21,480 nucleotides of DNA from Myxococcota bacterium (GTDB lineage Bacteria; Myxococcota_A; UBA9042; PHBI01; JAWLBL01), in assembly GCA_041687695.1 (NCBI GenBank), contig JAWLBL010000031.1, positions 1-21,480 of the forward strand, written 5' to 3'. The notes below the pieces were generated by a model. The model was not told the origin of the DNA. It searched no databases and saw only the letters and a program-made list of their open reading frames with translations. Below, piece after piece: positions 10,294 to 18,540 of the stretch (position 1 is its first letter; each line of letters opens with the position of its first letter). A program made the position numbers and the translations under genes.

Positions 10294-11682
10294 ATGGCCC
10301 ACGACCTGCATTTCCTCGAGCGCCTCTCCCGCGTCGAGTCGGACCACGTCGAGCTGGCCCTCGCCCTGTACCATGACGTCCCGCTCGTCCGGCACCTGCT
10401 CGAGACGCACCCGCTGCCCGACTCGGCCGCCCGCGTCGCCTTGTCGCTGGACGACCCGGCCCTCGGCCCCTTCGTCATCGTCACCCGCGAGGGCGACTTC
10501 GTGACCTGCCTGGGCCCCGGCATGAGCCCCGCCCCGCACCCGGTCATCCCGCGCGCCCACCTCGACCGCACCAGCCGCGAGCTCACGCGCGTCCGCGACG
10601 CCCTGACCCGCGCCATGGCCCACGCCGAGGTCCGCGGCGGCATGAACCGCCTCGTCAAGCGCGTCGTCAAGGCCGGCGACCGACTCTCCCGCGAGGACTT
10701 CACCGCGCTCATCGGCTTCCAGCCGCTCATCCGGGCCGCCTTGCACCTTGCGCTCCACGCGGCCAGCACGCGCGCCGCGGACGCGCGAAAGCCCCTCCTC
10801 CACGCGACGCGCCGATCGGCCCGCGGCCTCGACCCGGCCCACCTCCGCCGGTACTGGCAGGACGTCTGGGCCATCGGCCACCTCATCACGCTGGTCGCCC
10901 TCGACGGAGCCGACACCCTGACGGCGCTCCCCTTGCCCCAAGAAGACCTGCCAAACCCCGACCTCTTCTCCTGGAGCGCCTCGAACCACGGCGTCACCGC
11001 GGTCCTCCTCCGCGGCGCCTGGGCCGTCGCGCGCGTCGGCAAACCCCTCCTCGGCCCCTACAAGGCGGGGCTGCACACCGAGCTGTTTCGCGAGACCACC
11101 CTGCAATATGGCTTCGGCCTCGCCGCCATGGGCATCCGGCACGCCAAGTACCAGGCCGAGATCGTCAAAGTCCTCTCACGGCAGCACGTCCGCGCCACCA
11201 GCCCCGCCGGCGCCGAGGCCTTCAAGCTCCGCCTTCAGACCCTCTCGGACATGGTCGCGGCGTCCCACGTGCTCCCGCCCGGGGTCGACGCGCGCCTCGC
11301 CGCCTTCACCTTGTGCCAGTACGCCACCCAGCGCACGTCCGCCCCGACCCCGTCTCCCGACGACCCGGCCGAGATCGAGCTGGATCTGCTCACCCGGCTC
11401 CACGACCCCGCCGACGTCCGCCTCGACACCCTGGCCTTCGTGGACGCCTGCCGGCTCCTCCTCTGGGTCGCCCGCGCCGCCCCCGAGGACCTCTACGTCC
11501 CCGCCGCCCACCTGAACCTCGTCGCCCCACCGTGGACCCCTGAACGCACCCTCGACCTCCTCGACGCCGAACGCCGCCGCAGCGTCCGCAAGGTCACCCC
11601 GCGCACCTCCACCAAGATCGGCCGCAACGCCCCTTGCCCCTGCAACAGCGGCCGCAAACACAAGCTCTGCTGCGGCGCTTGA
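10294..11682 (+). CDS. SEC-C (Zn-binding) motif-containing protein (~462 aa)
   Basis: C-terminal KIGRNAPCPCNSGRKHKLCC is a canonical SEC-C motif. Start is ATG 10294 or 10285. Confidence 0.8.
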   Translation: MAHDLHFLERLSRVESDHVELALALYHDVPLVRHLLETHPLPDSAARVALSLDDPALGPFVIVTREGDFVTCLGPGMSPAPHPVIPRAHLDRTSRELTRVRDALTRAMAHAEVRGGMNRLVKRVVKAGDRLSREDFTALIGFQPLIRAALHLALHAASTRAADARKPLLHATRRSARGLDPAHLRRYWQDVWAIGHLITLVALDGADTLTALPLPQEDLPNPDLFSWSASNHGVTAVLLRGAWAVARVGKPLLGPYKAGLHTELFRETTLQYGFGLAAMGIRHAKYQAEIVKVLSRQHVRATSPAGAEAFKLRLQTLSDMVAASHVLPPGVDARLAAFTLCQYATQRTSAPTPSPDDPAEIELDLLTRLHDPADVRLDTLAFVDACRLLLWVARAAPEDLYVPAAHLNLVAPPWTPERTLDLLDAERRRSVRKVTPRTSTKIGRNAPCPCNSGRKHKLCCGA

Positions 11683-11715
11683 CCCTCCGAACTCCCCGCT
11701 CTGCTCCCGCCACAC

Positions 11716-12516
11716 TCAGAACCCTTGGATGTCGCCCGGCGCGACGCCCAGCCGGTCGGCGATCTTCCTCAGCGTGTCCGGGCGCGGCCGCCCGACTTCG
11801 CCGCGCTCGATGCGCGCGATGCTCTTGGCCGACACCCCGGGGAAGTCCTCGCGACTCAGCCGGCGCTGCAGCCTCAGCCGCCGCAGCGACGCCCCGAAGC
11901 TGCGCTCTTCTTCCCGCCGGAGCTGCCCGATACGGCGACGGTATTCGGGATCCCACTCGTACAACACCGCGTCGAAGCTGGCTTCATAGATCCCGAAGCG
12001 CAGGGTCTGCCCGTGGTCGATGACCTCGAAGTCTGCGAAATCGGGCTCGATGCCCTCACCAGAGGCATCAAAGGCCGATAGCGGCACCGTGAGCAGGTCC
12101 AGATCCCCGCGAACCACAACGAGCAAGCCGAGCCGACCGTCCACGGAACCGCCGAGGCACAGGTCCCGCCGGTTCGCGTCGGTGAGCACTTCGGCCAGCG
12201 CTTCGTTCGGCAAGATGACCGGCGGACGTCCCACGCAAGTCTCGGAGCGGCTGGCCAGGATCGACTCGATCGGCCACGAGTGCTCCATCTCGGACAGCCC
12301 CAGGATACGGGTCCTGAACCGCCGCTGTTCGCGCATTCCACCCAGCGACTCGAGCAGCCAGGACCACCCTTCGTGGCGACCGACCACGACATAGGTTCGC
12401 ACCCGCGCGTCCAGTCGCGCCAGGACGTCCGTGACCTCGGACTTGGACGAAGCGACGTTCGGCCACTGAAAGTCCTGGTCCAGTCGCGAACCGATGTACA
12501 CGAACTGCTCACTCAT
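11716..12516 (-). CDS. Putative antitoxin/regulator: unknown N-domain, DUF2442-like domain and C-terminal Xre HTH (266 aa)
   Basis: C-terminal FGASLRRLRLQRRLSRE...SIARIERGEVGRPRPDTLRKIADRLGV is an Xre HTH. DFEVIDHGQTLRF resembles DUF2442. Overlaps the upstream gene by 8 nt. Confidence 0.75.
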   Translation of the reverse strand: MSEQFVYIGSRLDQDFQWPNVASSKSEVTDVLARLDARVRTYVVVGRHEGWSWLLESLGGMREQRRFRTRILGLSEMEHSWPIESILASRSETCVGRPPVILPNEALAEVLTDANRRDLCLGGSVDGRLGLLVVVRGDLDLLTVPLSAFDASGEGIEPDFADFEVIDHGQTLRFGIYEASFDAVLYEWDPEYRRRIGQLRREEERSFGASLRRLRLQRRLSREDFPGVSAKSIARIERGEVGRPRPDTLRKIADRLGVAPGDIQGF

Positions 12517-12790
12517 CCGCTGCGCTCCTCACCGGGTTCTCCGGATACATCCGGTCCCAGGCTGCGATCAGCTCCTCCCAGTGTGCTGCGATGGCCTGCC
12601 TCACTTCCTGCGGGATGTCTCTCCATCCGCCTCCTGGCGGCACGATGAAGTCCCCGTCCCGCAGTCCGACACGCCACGCCTTGGGCCCGCGCATGATCGT
12701 GACGTGAGGCGGCTCGAGCCGCTCCTTGTCGCGAATCTTCACCCTCCAATGCGGCCGAAGGGCCGTCGGAAGTGGGACTTCGTAGGGCAC
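12509..12790 (-). CDS. DUF4160-like small protein, putative toxin of a type II TA pair (93 aa)
   Basis: VKIRDKERLEPPHVTI and IAAHWEELIAAWD match the DUF4160 pattern (xxPPHvH/T...eL..W). GGAGG 10 nt upstream of the GTG. Confidence 0.7.
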   Translation of the reverse strand: MPYEVPLPTALRPHWRVKIRDKERLEPPHVTIMRGPKAWRVGLRDGDFIVPPGGGWRDIPQEVRQAIAAHWEELIAAWDRMYPENPVRSAADE

Positions 12791-12812
12791 CGTTCGCCGA
12801 CCTCCTCTCCCA

Positions 12813-12850
12813 ACACTGTCCCCTCCCGTTTATTGCGTCAAGGGGACACT
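12813..12850 (-). promoter_or_regulatory. Putative sigma70 promoter with overlapping inverted-repeat operator for the DUF4160/Xre pair
   Basis: On the minus strand: TTGACG (12841-12836), 17-nt spacer, CAGTGT (12818-12813; weak -10). Inverted repeat TGTCCCCT (12817-12824) / AGGGGACA (12841-12848) with a 16-bp spacer. Confidence 0.55.
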
Positions 12851-12857
12851 TTCAACG

Positions 12858-15800
12858 TCACCCCAGCACCTCGACCAGCTCCGCGACGATGACCAGCTCG
12901 CCGTCCTCCAGGTCCTCCAGCACGATGGGCTCGAAGCGCTCGTCGGTGCTGTCCGGGTGCAGGATGACGCGCCGATGGCGCCAGGTGCCGTCGGCCTGCG
13001 GCTCCTTGGCTGACTCGTAGCGCTTGACGGTGTACTTGCCGCCCAGCTCGGGGTCGGCGATGTCGCGGTGCTGCGCCAGGACGACCTTGCCCTGCAGCGA
13101 CCCCTTGGGGGCCAGGCGGAACAGGCACCAGGCGCCGTCGGGGATGCGCCGGTTCATCGACTCCCCGACCACCTGCGCGACGAACAGCTCCGGCGCCGGC
13201 CGGGTCAGCCCGTCCCAGGTCACCCAGTCGTAAGTCCCCTGGTCCTCACCGACCAGCTGCGACGGCGAGAACCCACCCGCCGCCACCTTCAGATCCAGCG
13301 CCGGGATGCAGTTCTCGTAGGGCCGCGCCTCACCCGCGGCCACGCGGCGGAAGGGCAGCACCTTGGCCGCCTCCGGCTCGGCCACCGCCGCCGCGGCTCG
13401 CTCCTGCTCGCGCACGACGCCGTAGACCCGGTCCAGCATCAGCCCCCGGAAGAGATCGCGCAGCACCGGGTCGGCGAAGACCGCGTTAACGAACTCGGTG
13501 TGCTTGGCCAGCCGCTCGACCAGCGCGTCGTCCAGCTTCGGCCCGAACACGTGCTCGAAGTTGCCCTTGTCGTTGGCCAACGCCGCCTGCCGCACCTCGT
13601 CGTCGCCCACCAGCACCACGGCGACCTCATCGATGAGGCCCTGCGCGTCGTACGCCGTCTGCATCCGCTGGTTGATGATCTCGATGATGGTCGACAGCTG
13701 CTCGATGGGCGGCGTCGCCGCCCCGGTCCCGGTGTGCTTGGGCCCGACCACCTCGCCGTCCTGCCCCTTCTGCAGAACCAGCGCCCCCTCGGCCGCCTTC
13801 TTGATGCGCAGCGACTTCAGCACCACGTCGTCACCCAGGTCCACCGGCCCGCCCTGGTCGGGCCGCGGCAGCTTGCGCAGCAGCATCCGCCCGAACGCAT
13901 ACAGCTTCTCGAGCCGCGCATCCTGAAACGGCACGATCTGCCCCATGAACCCGTACAGGTTCACGAAGGCCGACAGCGTGCCCCGAAACGCCTCCTGACG
14001 CTCCACCGCCTCCTTCACCGCCTGCTCGCGCTCGCCCCCCGGCGCCTCCTCGGCCCGCAGCTTCATAGCCCGCCACCGCTCGACCGCCGGGTCCACCCGC
14101 GCGTTCAGCTTCGCGTTGTCCCAGACCTTCTGGTCGGCCCGCAGCGCGAAGAACACCTCGGCGAACCCGTCCACCTCGGCCGCCGTCCACAGCTGGAACC
14201 GCTCCAGCGCGTGGTGCAGCTCGTACAGACGCTGCGGCTGTATGTCCTCGGCCGTCGTCGTCTTCTCGTAATAGACCTGGAACGCCTCCAGGATGTCCTG
14301 CCGCCGGTTCACGAAGTCCAGGACGAAGGTCGTCTCCTTACCCCGCTTGGTCCGGTTCAGCCGCGACAGCGTCTGGACCGCCTGCACCCCGTCCAGCCGC
14401 TTGTCCACGTACATCGCCACCAGGAGCGGCTGGTCGAACCCGGTCTGGTACTTGTTCGCCACGATCAGCACGTTGAACGCATCCGACGCGAACTTCTCGG
14501 GCAGCTCCGCCTCGCGGATCCCCCCGTTCATCCCCACCTCGGTGTACGTCTCCCCGGTCCCGTGCTCGTCCTTCACCTCGCCCGAGAACGCCACCAGACA
14601 CCGCACGTCCCGATACCCGCGCTCGCGGACGTACCGCTCCATCGCGTCCTTGTACCTCACCGCCATCAGCCGGCTGCCGGTCACCACCATCGCCTTCGCC
14701 CGCCCATCGAGCAGGTGCGCCACGCACGCCCGGAAGTGCTCGACGACGATCTCCACCTTCTGCGCGATGTTGCTCGGGTGCAGCTCGACGAACTGCTTGA
14801 GCGCCCGCAAGGCCTTGCTCTTGTTCAGCTTCGGGTCGTCCCCCACCGCCTTGGCCAGGCTCGCAAAACGCGCATAGGTGATGTACCCGGCCAGGACATC
14901 CAGGATGAACCCCTCCTCGATGGCCTGCCGCATCGAGTACAGGTGGAACGGCGCCGGCTTGCCGTCCGCCGTCTTGTGCCCGAACAGCTCCAACGTCTTG
15001 AACTTGGGCGTCGCCGTGAACGCAAAGAAGCTCATGTTCGGCTGAGGTCCCCGCTCCAGCGCCTTGCGCAGCGCCAGCTGGTCCGGCACCGACAGCGCCT
15101 CGGCCTCCTCCGCGGCCCTCGCCTCCAGCGTCGCGTCGGCCAGGATGCCCTTGACCGCCACCGCCATCTCGCCGCTCTGCGAGCTGTGCGCCTCGTCCAC
15201 GATGATGGCGTAGCGCCGCTCGGGCAGCTTCTCCATCTTGTCCTGGATGAACCCGAACTTGTGGATGGTCGAGATGATGATGGGCGCCCCGGCCGCCAGC
15301 GCCGCCGCCAGCTGGTCCGAGTGCTTGTCGATGCGCTCGACCACCCCGGTCTTGTGCTCGAACTGGTAGATGGTGCTCTGCAGCTGCTGGTCCAGCACCT
15401 TGCGGTCGGTCAGCACCACCACCGAGTCGTACACCTTGCGGTCCGCCTCGTCGTGCAGGCTCGCCAGCCGATGCGCCAGCCAGGCGATCGAGTTCGACTT
15501 GCCCGACCCGGCCGAGTGCTGCACCAGGTAGTTGGTCCCCGGCCCCTTGTCCCGCGCCGCCCCCACCAGCCGCCGCACGCAGTCCAGCTGGTGATAGCGC
15601 GGAAAGATCAGCGTCTCGGTCTGGCTCTTCTTGCCCGTGTTGGGGTCCGTGCGCTCCTCGACCTGCACGTGCAGGAAGCGCCCGACCAGATCCAGCAGGC
15701 TGTCCCGCTGCCAGACCTCCTCCCACACATACGAGGTCCGGTGCTTCCCATCGACCGGCGGGTTCCCCTTCCCACCCCCATGGCCCCTGTTGAACGGCAG

Positions 15801-16433
15801 GAAGAACGTGTCGTCCCGAGCCAACCGGGTCGTCATCCACGCCTCGTCGGTGTCGACCGCGAAGTGCACCAACGCCCGCGCCTTCCACCGGAAGATGGGC
15901 GCCTTGGGGTCACGGTCCTTGCAATACTGCCGCTTGGCGTGCTCGACCGTCTGGCCGGTCATCGCGTTCTTCAGCTCGGCCGTCACCACCGGCAGGCCGT
16001 TCAGGAACAGCACCAGGTCCAGCGAATTCTCATTGTTCGGGTCGTACCGCAGCTGACGCACCACCATCAGCCGGTTCTTGCCGTACAGCGCCCACACTTC
16101 CGGGTTCAGCCCATGCCCCGGCTGAAAGAACGCGACCCGCAGCTGCTGCCCATAGAAGGGGAACCCGTGCCGCAGCGTCTCCAGCGCCCCCTTGCCGTCC
16201 ATCCACTTGCACAGCTCGCGCACCACCAGACCCGCCAGCTTGCCGCCATGGATGGCCTCCAGCTTCGCCCAAGCCTTCGGCTGCGTCTCGCGTATGAACC
16301 CGACCACCACCTCGGGCATCACCGCCAGCTCCCGGTCGAACGCCCCCGCCTCCCCGACCTCGTACCCCCCAGCCCCGACCAGCTGCGCCTCGACCAGCGC
16401 CTCGAAGCTCTCCTCGGTGTGCACGCCCTTCAT
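12858..16433 (-). CDS. hsdR: Type I restriction endonuclease subunit R with C-terminal LexA/S24-like peptidase domain (1191 aa)
   Basis: Nuclease motif DLVLFLNGLPVVTAELK; PRYHQ; Walker A HSAGSGKS; DEAH box; FTATP; GKAM-like AKAMVVT; KYQTGFDQP; QTLSRLNR. The C-terminal ~150 aa has VAAG, GESM and YTVKRY. Confidence 0.95.
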   Translation of the reverse strand: MKGVHTEESFEALVEAQLVGAGGYEVGEAGAFDRELAVMPEVVVGFIRETQPKAWAKLEAIHGGKLAGLVVRELCKWMDGKGALETLRHGFPFYGQQLRVAFFQPGHGLNPEVWALYGKNRLMVVRQLRYDPNNENSLDLVLFLNGLPVVTAELKNAMTGQTVEHAKRQYCKDRDPKAPIFRWKARALVHFAVDTDEAWMTTRLARDDTFFLPFNRGHGGGKGNPPVDGKHRTSYVWEEVWQRDSLLDLVGRFLHVQVEERTDPNTGKKSQTETLIFPRYHQLDCVRRLVGAARDKGPGTNYLVQHSAGSGKSNSIAWLAHRLASLHDEADRKVYDSVVVLTDRKVLDQQLQSTIYQFEHKTGVVERIDKHSDQLAAALAAGAPIIISTIHKFGFIQDKMEKLPERRYAIIVDEAHSSQSGEMAVAVKGILADATLEARAAEEAEALSVPDQLALRKALERGPQPNMSFFAFTATPKFKTLELFGHKTADGKPAPFHLYSMRQAIEEGFILDVLAGYITYARFASLAKAVGDDPKLNKSKALRALKQFVELHPSNIAQKVEIVVEHFRACVAHLLDGRAKAMVVTGSRLMAVRYKDAMERYVRERGYRDVRCLVAFSGEVKDEHGTGETYTEVGMNGGIREAELPEKFASDAFNVLIVANKYQTGFDQPLLVAMYVDKRLDGVQAVQTLSRLNRTKRGKETTFVLDFVNRRQDILEAFQVYYEKTTTAEDIQPQRLYELHHALERFQLWTAAEVDGFAEVFFALRADQKVWDNAKLNARVDPAVERWRAMKLRAEEAPGGEREQAVKEAVERQEAFRGTLSAFVNLYGFMGQIVPFQDARLEKLYAFGRMLLRKLPRPDQGGPVDLGDDVVLKSLRIKKAAEGALVLQKGQDGEVVGPKHTGTGAATPPIEQLSTIIEIINQRMQTAYDAQGLIDEVAVVLVGDDEVRQAALANDKGNFEHVFGPKLDDALVERLAKHTEFVNAVFADPVLRDLFRGLMLDRVYGVVREQERAAAAVAEPEAAKVLPFRRVAAGEARPYENCIPALDLKVAAGGFSPSQLVGEDQGTYDWVTWDGLTRPAPELFVAQVVGESMNRRIPDGAWCLFRLAPKGSLQGKVVLAQHRDIADPELGGKYTVKRYESAKEPQADGTWRHRRVILHPDSTDERFEPIVLEDLEDGELVIVAELVEVLG

Positions 16434-18493
16434 GGCTCTGTCTCCCCATAGTCGAGGCCAGCTTGCGTCGCGACGTAGGCTTGGCGCGGATGAGTCGGTT
16501 GCTCTGGGAACTGGTGGGCCAGCAGCCCTTGCTCGACCATGGCCCGCAAATGCCGTTTCAGGGCCTCCGGATGGCGGTCCAGAATGGCCGCGAGGGTCGC
16601 AACATCCCGAGGCGCATCCTCGCAGAGCCGCAAGATGAGCCGGCGGAGCATCCTTTCTCCTGGCCGCTTGCCGAGCTTTGCGATCTCTCCTCTGAGGCGC
16701 TCTGGAACGGCATGCTCAGGACCAAGGTCGCCAGCCGCGGACGCTCGCCCCCGGTTCGCTGGTCCAATGCGCCGAACGAACTCACTACTTTCAGCGCCGA
16801 GCTCACCACTTTCGGCTCCAAGCTCACTCCTTTCTGGCCCGAGCTCACTACTTTCGGCTCCAAGCTCACTACTTTCGGCTCCAAGCTCACTACTTTCGGC
16901 TCCAAGCTCACTACTTTCGGCTCCAAGCTCACTACTTTCGGCTCGGAAGTCCTTCCGCTGACTCCCAGGTAGATTGCCCGTGTCCTTCAGGTCCAAGCCC
17001 CACTCGGAACCCATGCCGACTCTGGGTCGCACTCTCACGGCCGGCCCCAGTGTGTAGAAGGTGGCAGAACCCGCACGGTGAGGCTGTAAGAGGAGTCGGT
17101 CACAGAGGCGGCGCAGCATCTTGCTCGCCCCCAGCGTATCGAGGCCCGCGATCGCCCTCATCGCCGCATTGTCGACGCGTCCGGCGCGGAAGGCCTCGAA
17201 GAGGGCGCGGAACTCCTGCGGAGTCAGCTCCTCGCCGCCCAGCGACTCGATGAAGGCGCGGTCCTCGGGGCTCAACGTCATGGTGTTGCGCAGCGTCACC
17301 CGCACCTCGTGCGGTGTGGCGACCAGCTCGGGCAGGGGCAGGAACTCGGCCTCCATCTCGGCGAACATGCGCGGGATGCCCTCGCCCTGGTCGCGCATGA
17401 AACCCAGGTCGACCAGGCCGCGGACCAGGCGCGGGTTGCGGCTGACGTGGACGCGCTCCATCGCCAGCACCCGGTCGAGCGACACCTCGGGCAACAGGCC
17501 CCCGGGGCTGGTCACCTCCATCCGGTCGTCGAAGAGCCACACCTCGACCCCGCGGCCCATCACCGCGTAGTCGCGGTGCGCGACCGCGTTCAGCAGCGCC
17601 TCCTTCCACGAGAACTCGGGGTACTCCCAGGTCTGCTTGAACCGCCCGCCCGCCGTCAGCCGCGACGGTCGCCGCAGCAGGCCGCTGATGACCTGAAAGG
17701 CCCGCTCCAGCACCTCGGGCACCGGCCCCTCGATGCGCGGCAGCTCCTCGACGTTGTGCTCGAGGCCTAGCCGTCGCTCCGTCCCGATGACCCGAAACAC
17801 CCGCACGCCCGCGTTCGGGTGCTCGGGCAGCCCCCGCCGGAACAGCCACTCGGCCGCCTCGCGCAGCTGCAGCGTGGTCCCGCGCCAATCGGCGAGCCGG
17901 CGCCGGGCCAGGTAGTCCTCGACCGGCGCGTCCTCCAGCCCCGCCCCCTCGCGCGCCCGACGCAGCAGCCCCTCGTCCAGCTCCCCCAGCCCGCATGCGC
18001 TCGGCCGCGCCTCCCAGCTCTCGACCAGCCCCCGGAACTTCAGCGCCTGGATGTGCTCGTGCTTGGCCTGCAGCGTCTGGTCACCCATCCGCAACGGATA
18101 CCCGTCGCCGACGACCATCACCGGCGCAAAGGCCTGCAGCACCTCGAACACCAGCAGCTCGACGCCTTCGACCTCCACCACCCGGCCCGCCGGCTGAGGC
18201 GGGTCCAGCCGGTCGGCCGGCGTCCGCAGCATCTGCTCGACCGCCTCGCGCGGATAGCGGTGCCCGGTCGGCGTCCCGTCGTCCTCGACCCCCAGCAGCA
18301 GCACCCCGCCCTCGGCGTTGGCAAAGGCGGCCACGTACTCGGCGATCTGGTCCCGCACCTCGCGCCGGCCTCGCGCCTTCTTCCTGCCCTCCGGCCCCTC
18401 GAACAGCGACTTGCGGTCGAAATGCTGCCCCTCCGAGCGCCTCAGAAAGACGCTCACGTCCAGCTCACCGCCGCCGCCGCCTCGAGCGCTCAC
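16430..18493 (-). CDS. Schlafen/AlbA_2 + HATPase_c_4-like + winged-helix protein (often annotated ATP-binding protein / RecG-like C-terminal) (687 aa)
   Basis: EGQHFDRKS and AAFANAEGGVLLLGVED (AlbA_2). YPEFSWKEALLNAVAHRDY, EVTSPGGL, SRNPRL and GEGIPRM (HATPase_c_4). Two wHTH-like segments. GGAGG 7 nt before GTG 18493; ATGA overlap with hsdR. Confidence 0.85.
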   Translation of the reverse strand: MSARGGGGGELDVSVFLRRSEGQHFDRKSLFEGPEGRKKARGRREVRDQIAEYVAAFANAEGGVLLLGVEDDGTPTGHRYPREAVEQMLRTPADRLDPPQPAGRVVEVEGVELLVFEVLQAFAPVMVVGDGYPLRMGDQTLQAKHEHIQALKFRGLVESWEARPSACGLGELDEGLLRRAREGAGLEDAPVEDYLARRRLADWRGTTLQLREAAEWLFRRGLPEHPNAGVRVFRVIGTERRLGLEHNVEELPRIEGPVPEVLERAFQVISGLLRRPSRLTAGGRFKQTWEYPEFSWKEALLNAVAHRDYAVMGRGVEVWLFDDRMEVTSPGGLLPEVSLDRVLAMERVHVSRNPRLVRGLVDLGFMRDQGEGIPRMFAEMEAEFLPLPELVATPHEVRVTLRNTMTLSPEDRAFIESLGGEELTPQEFRALFEAFRAGRVDNAAMRAIAGLDTLGASKMLRRLCDRLLLQPHRAGSATFYTLGPAVRVRPRVGMGSEWGLDLKDTGNLPGSQRKDFRAESSELGAESSELGAESSELGAESSELGAESSELGPERSELGAESGELGAESSEFVRRIGPANRGRASAAGDLGPEHAVPERLRGEIAKLGKRPGERMLRRLILRLCEDAPRDVATLAAILDRHPEALKRHLRAMVEQGLLAHQFPEQPTHPRQAYVATQAGLDYGETEP
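16779..16944. repeat. In-frame 21-bp tandem repeat, ~8 copies, encoding (G)AESSEL
   Basis: Unit CTCACTACTTTCGGCTCCAAG starts at 16781, 16802, 16823, 16844, 16865, 16886, 16907 and 16928; the three leftmost copies are degenerate. Confidence 0.95.
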
Positions 18494-18540
18494 GCCATCG
18501 CCTCCAGCGCCTCGAAGCTCTCCTCGGTATGCCCCTTCAT
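18490..18540 (-). pseudogene. 16-codon remnant/duplicate of the hsdR 5' end (MKGHTEESFEALEAMA*)
   Basis: 25-nt exact match, 18504-18528 = 16394-16418. The peptide matches the HsdR N-terminus MKGVHTEESFEALVEA. ATGA overlap with the HNH stop and GTGA overlap with the AlbA_2 gene start. Confidence 0.8.

Noticed and set aside
10294..11682. secA
   Set aside because: Only the SEC-C motif is shared; there are no SecA ATPase motifs and the protein is too short.
6827..16451. Long antisense ORFs (6827-10261, 13068-16451) and other alternate-frame Arg/Pro/Gly-rich ORFs
   Set aside because: Shadow ORFs expected in high-GC DNA, overlapping better-supported genes and lacking recognisable motifs.
16779..16944. 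Iterons or mini-CRISPR
   Set aside because: Head-to-tail 21-bp units, in frame within a CDS, with no spacers and no rep gene.
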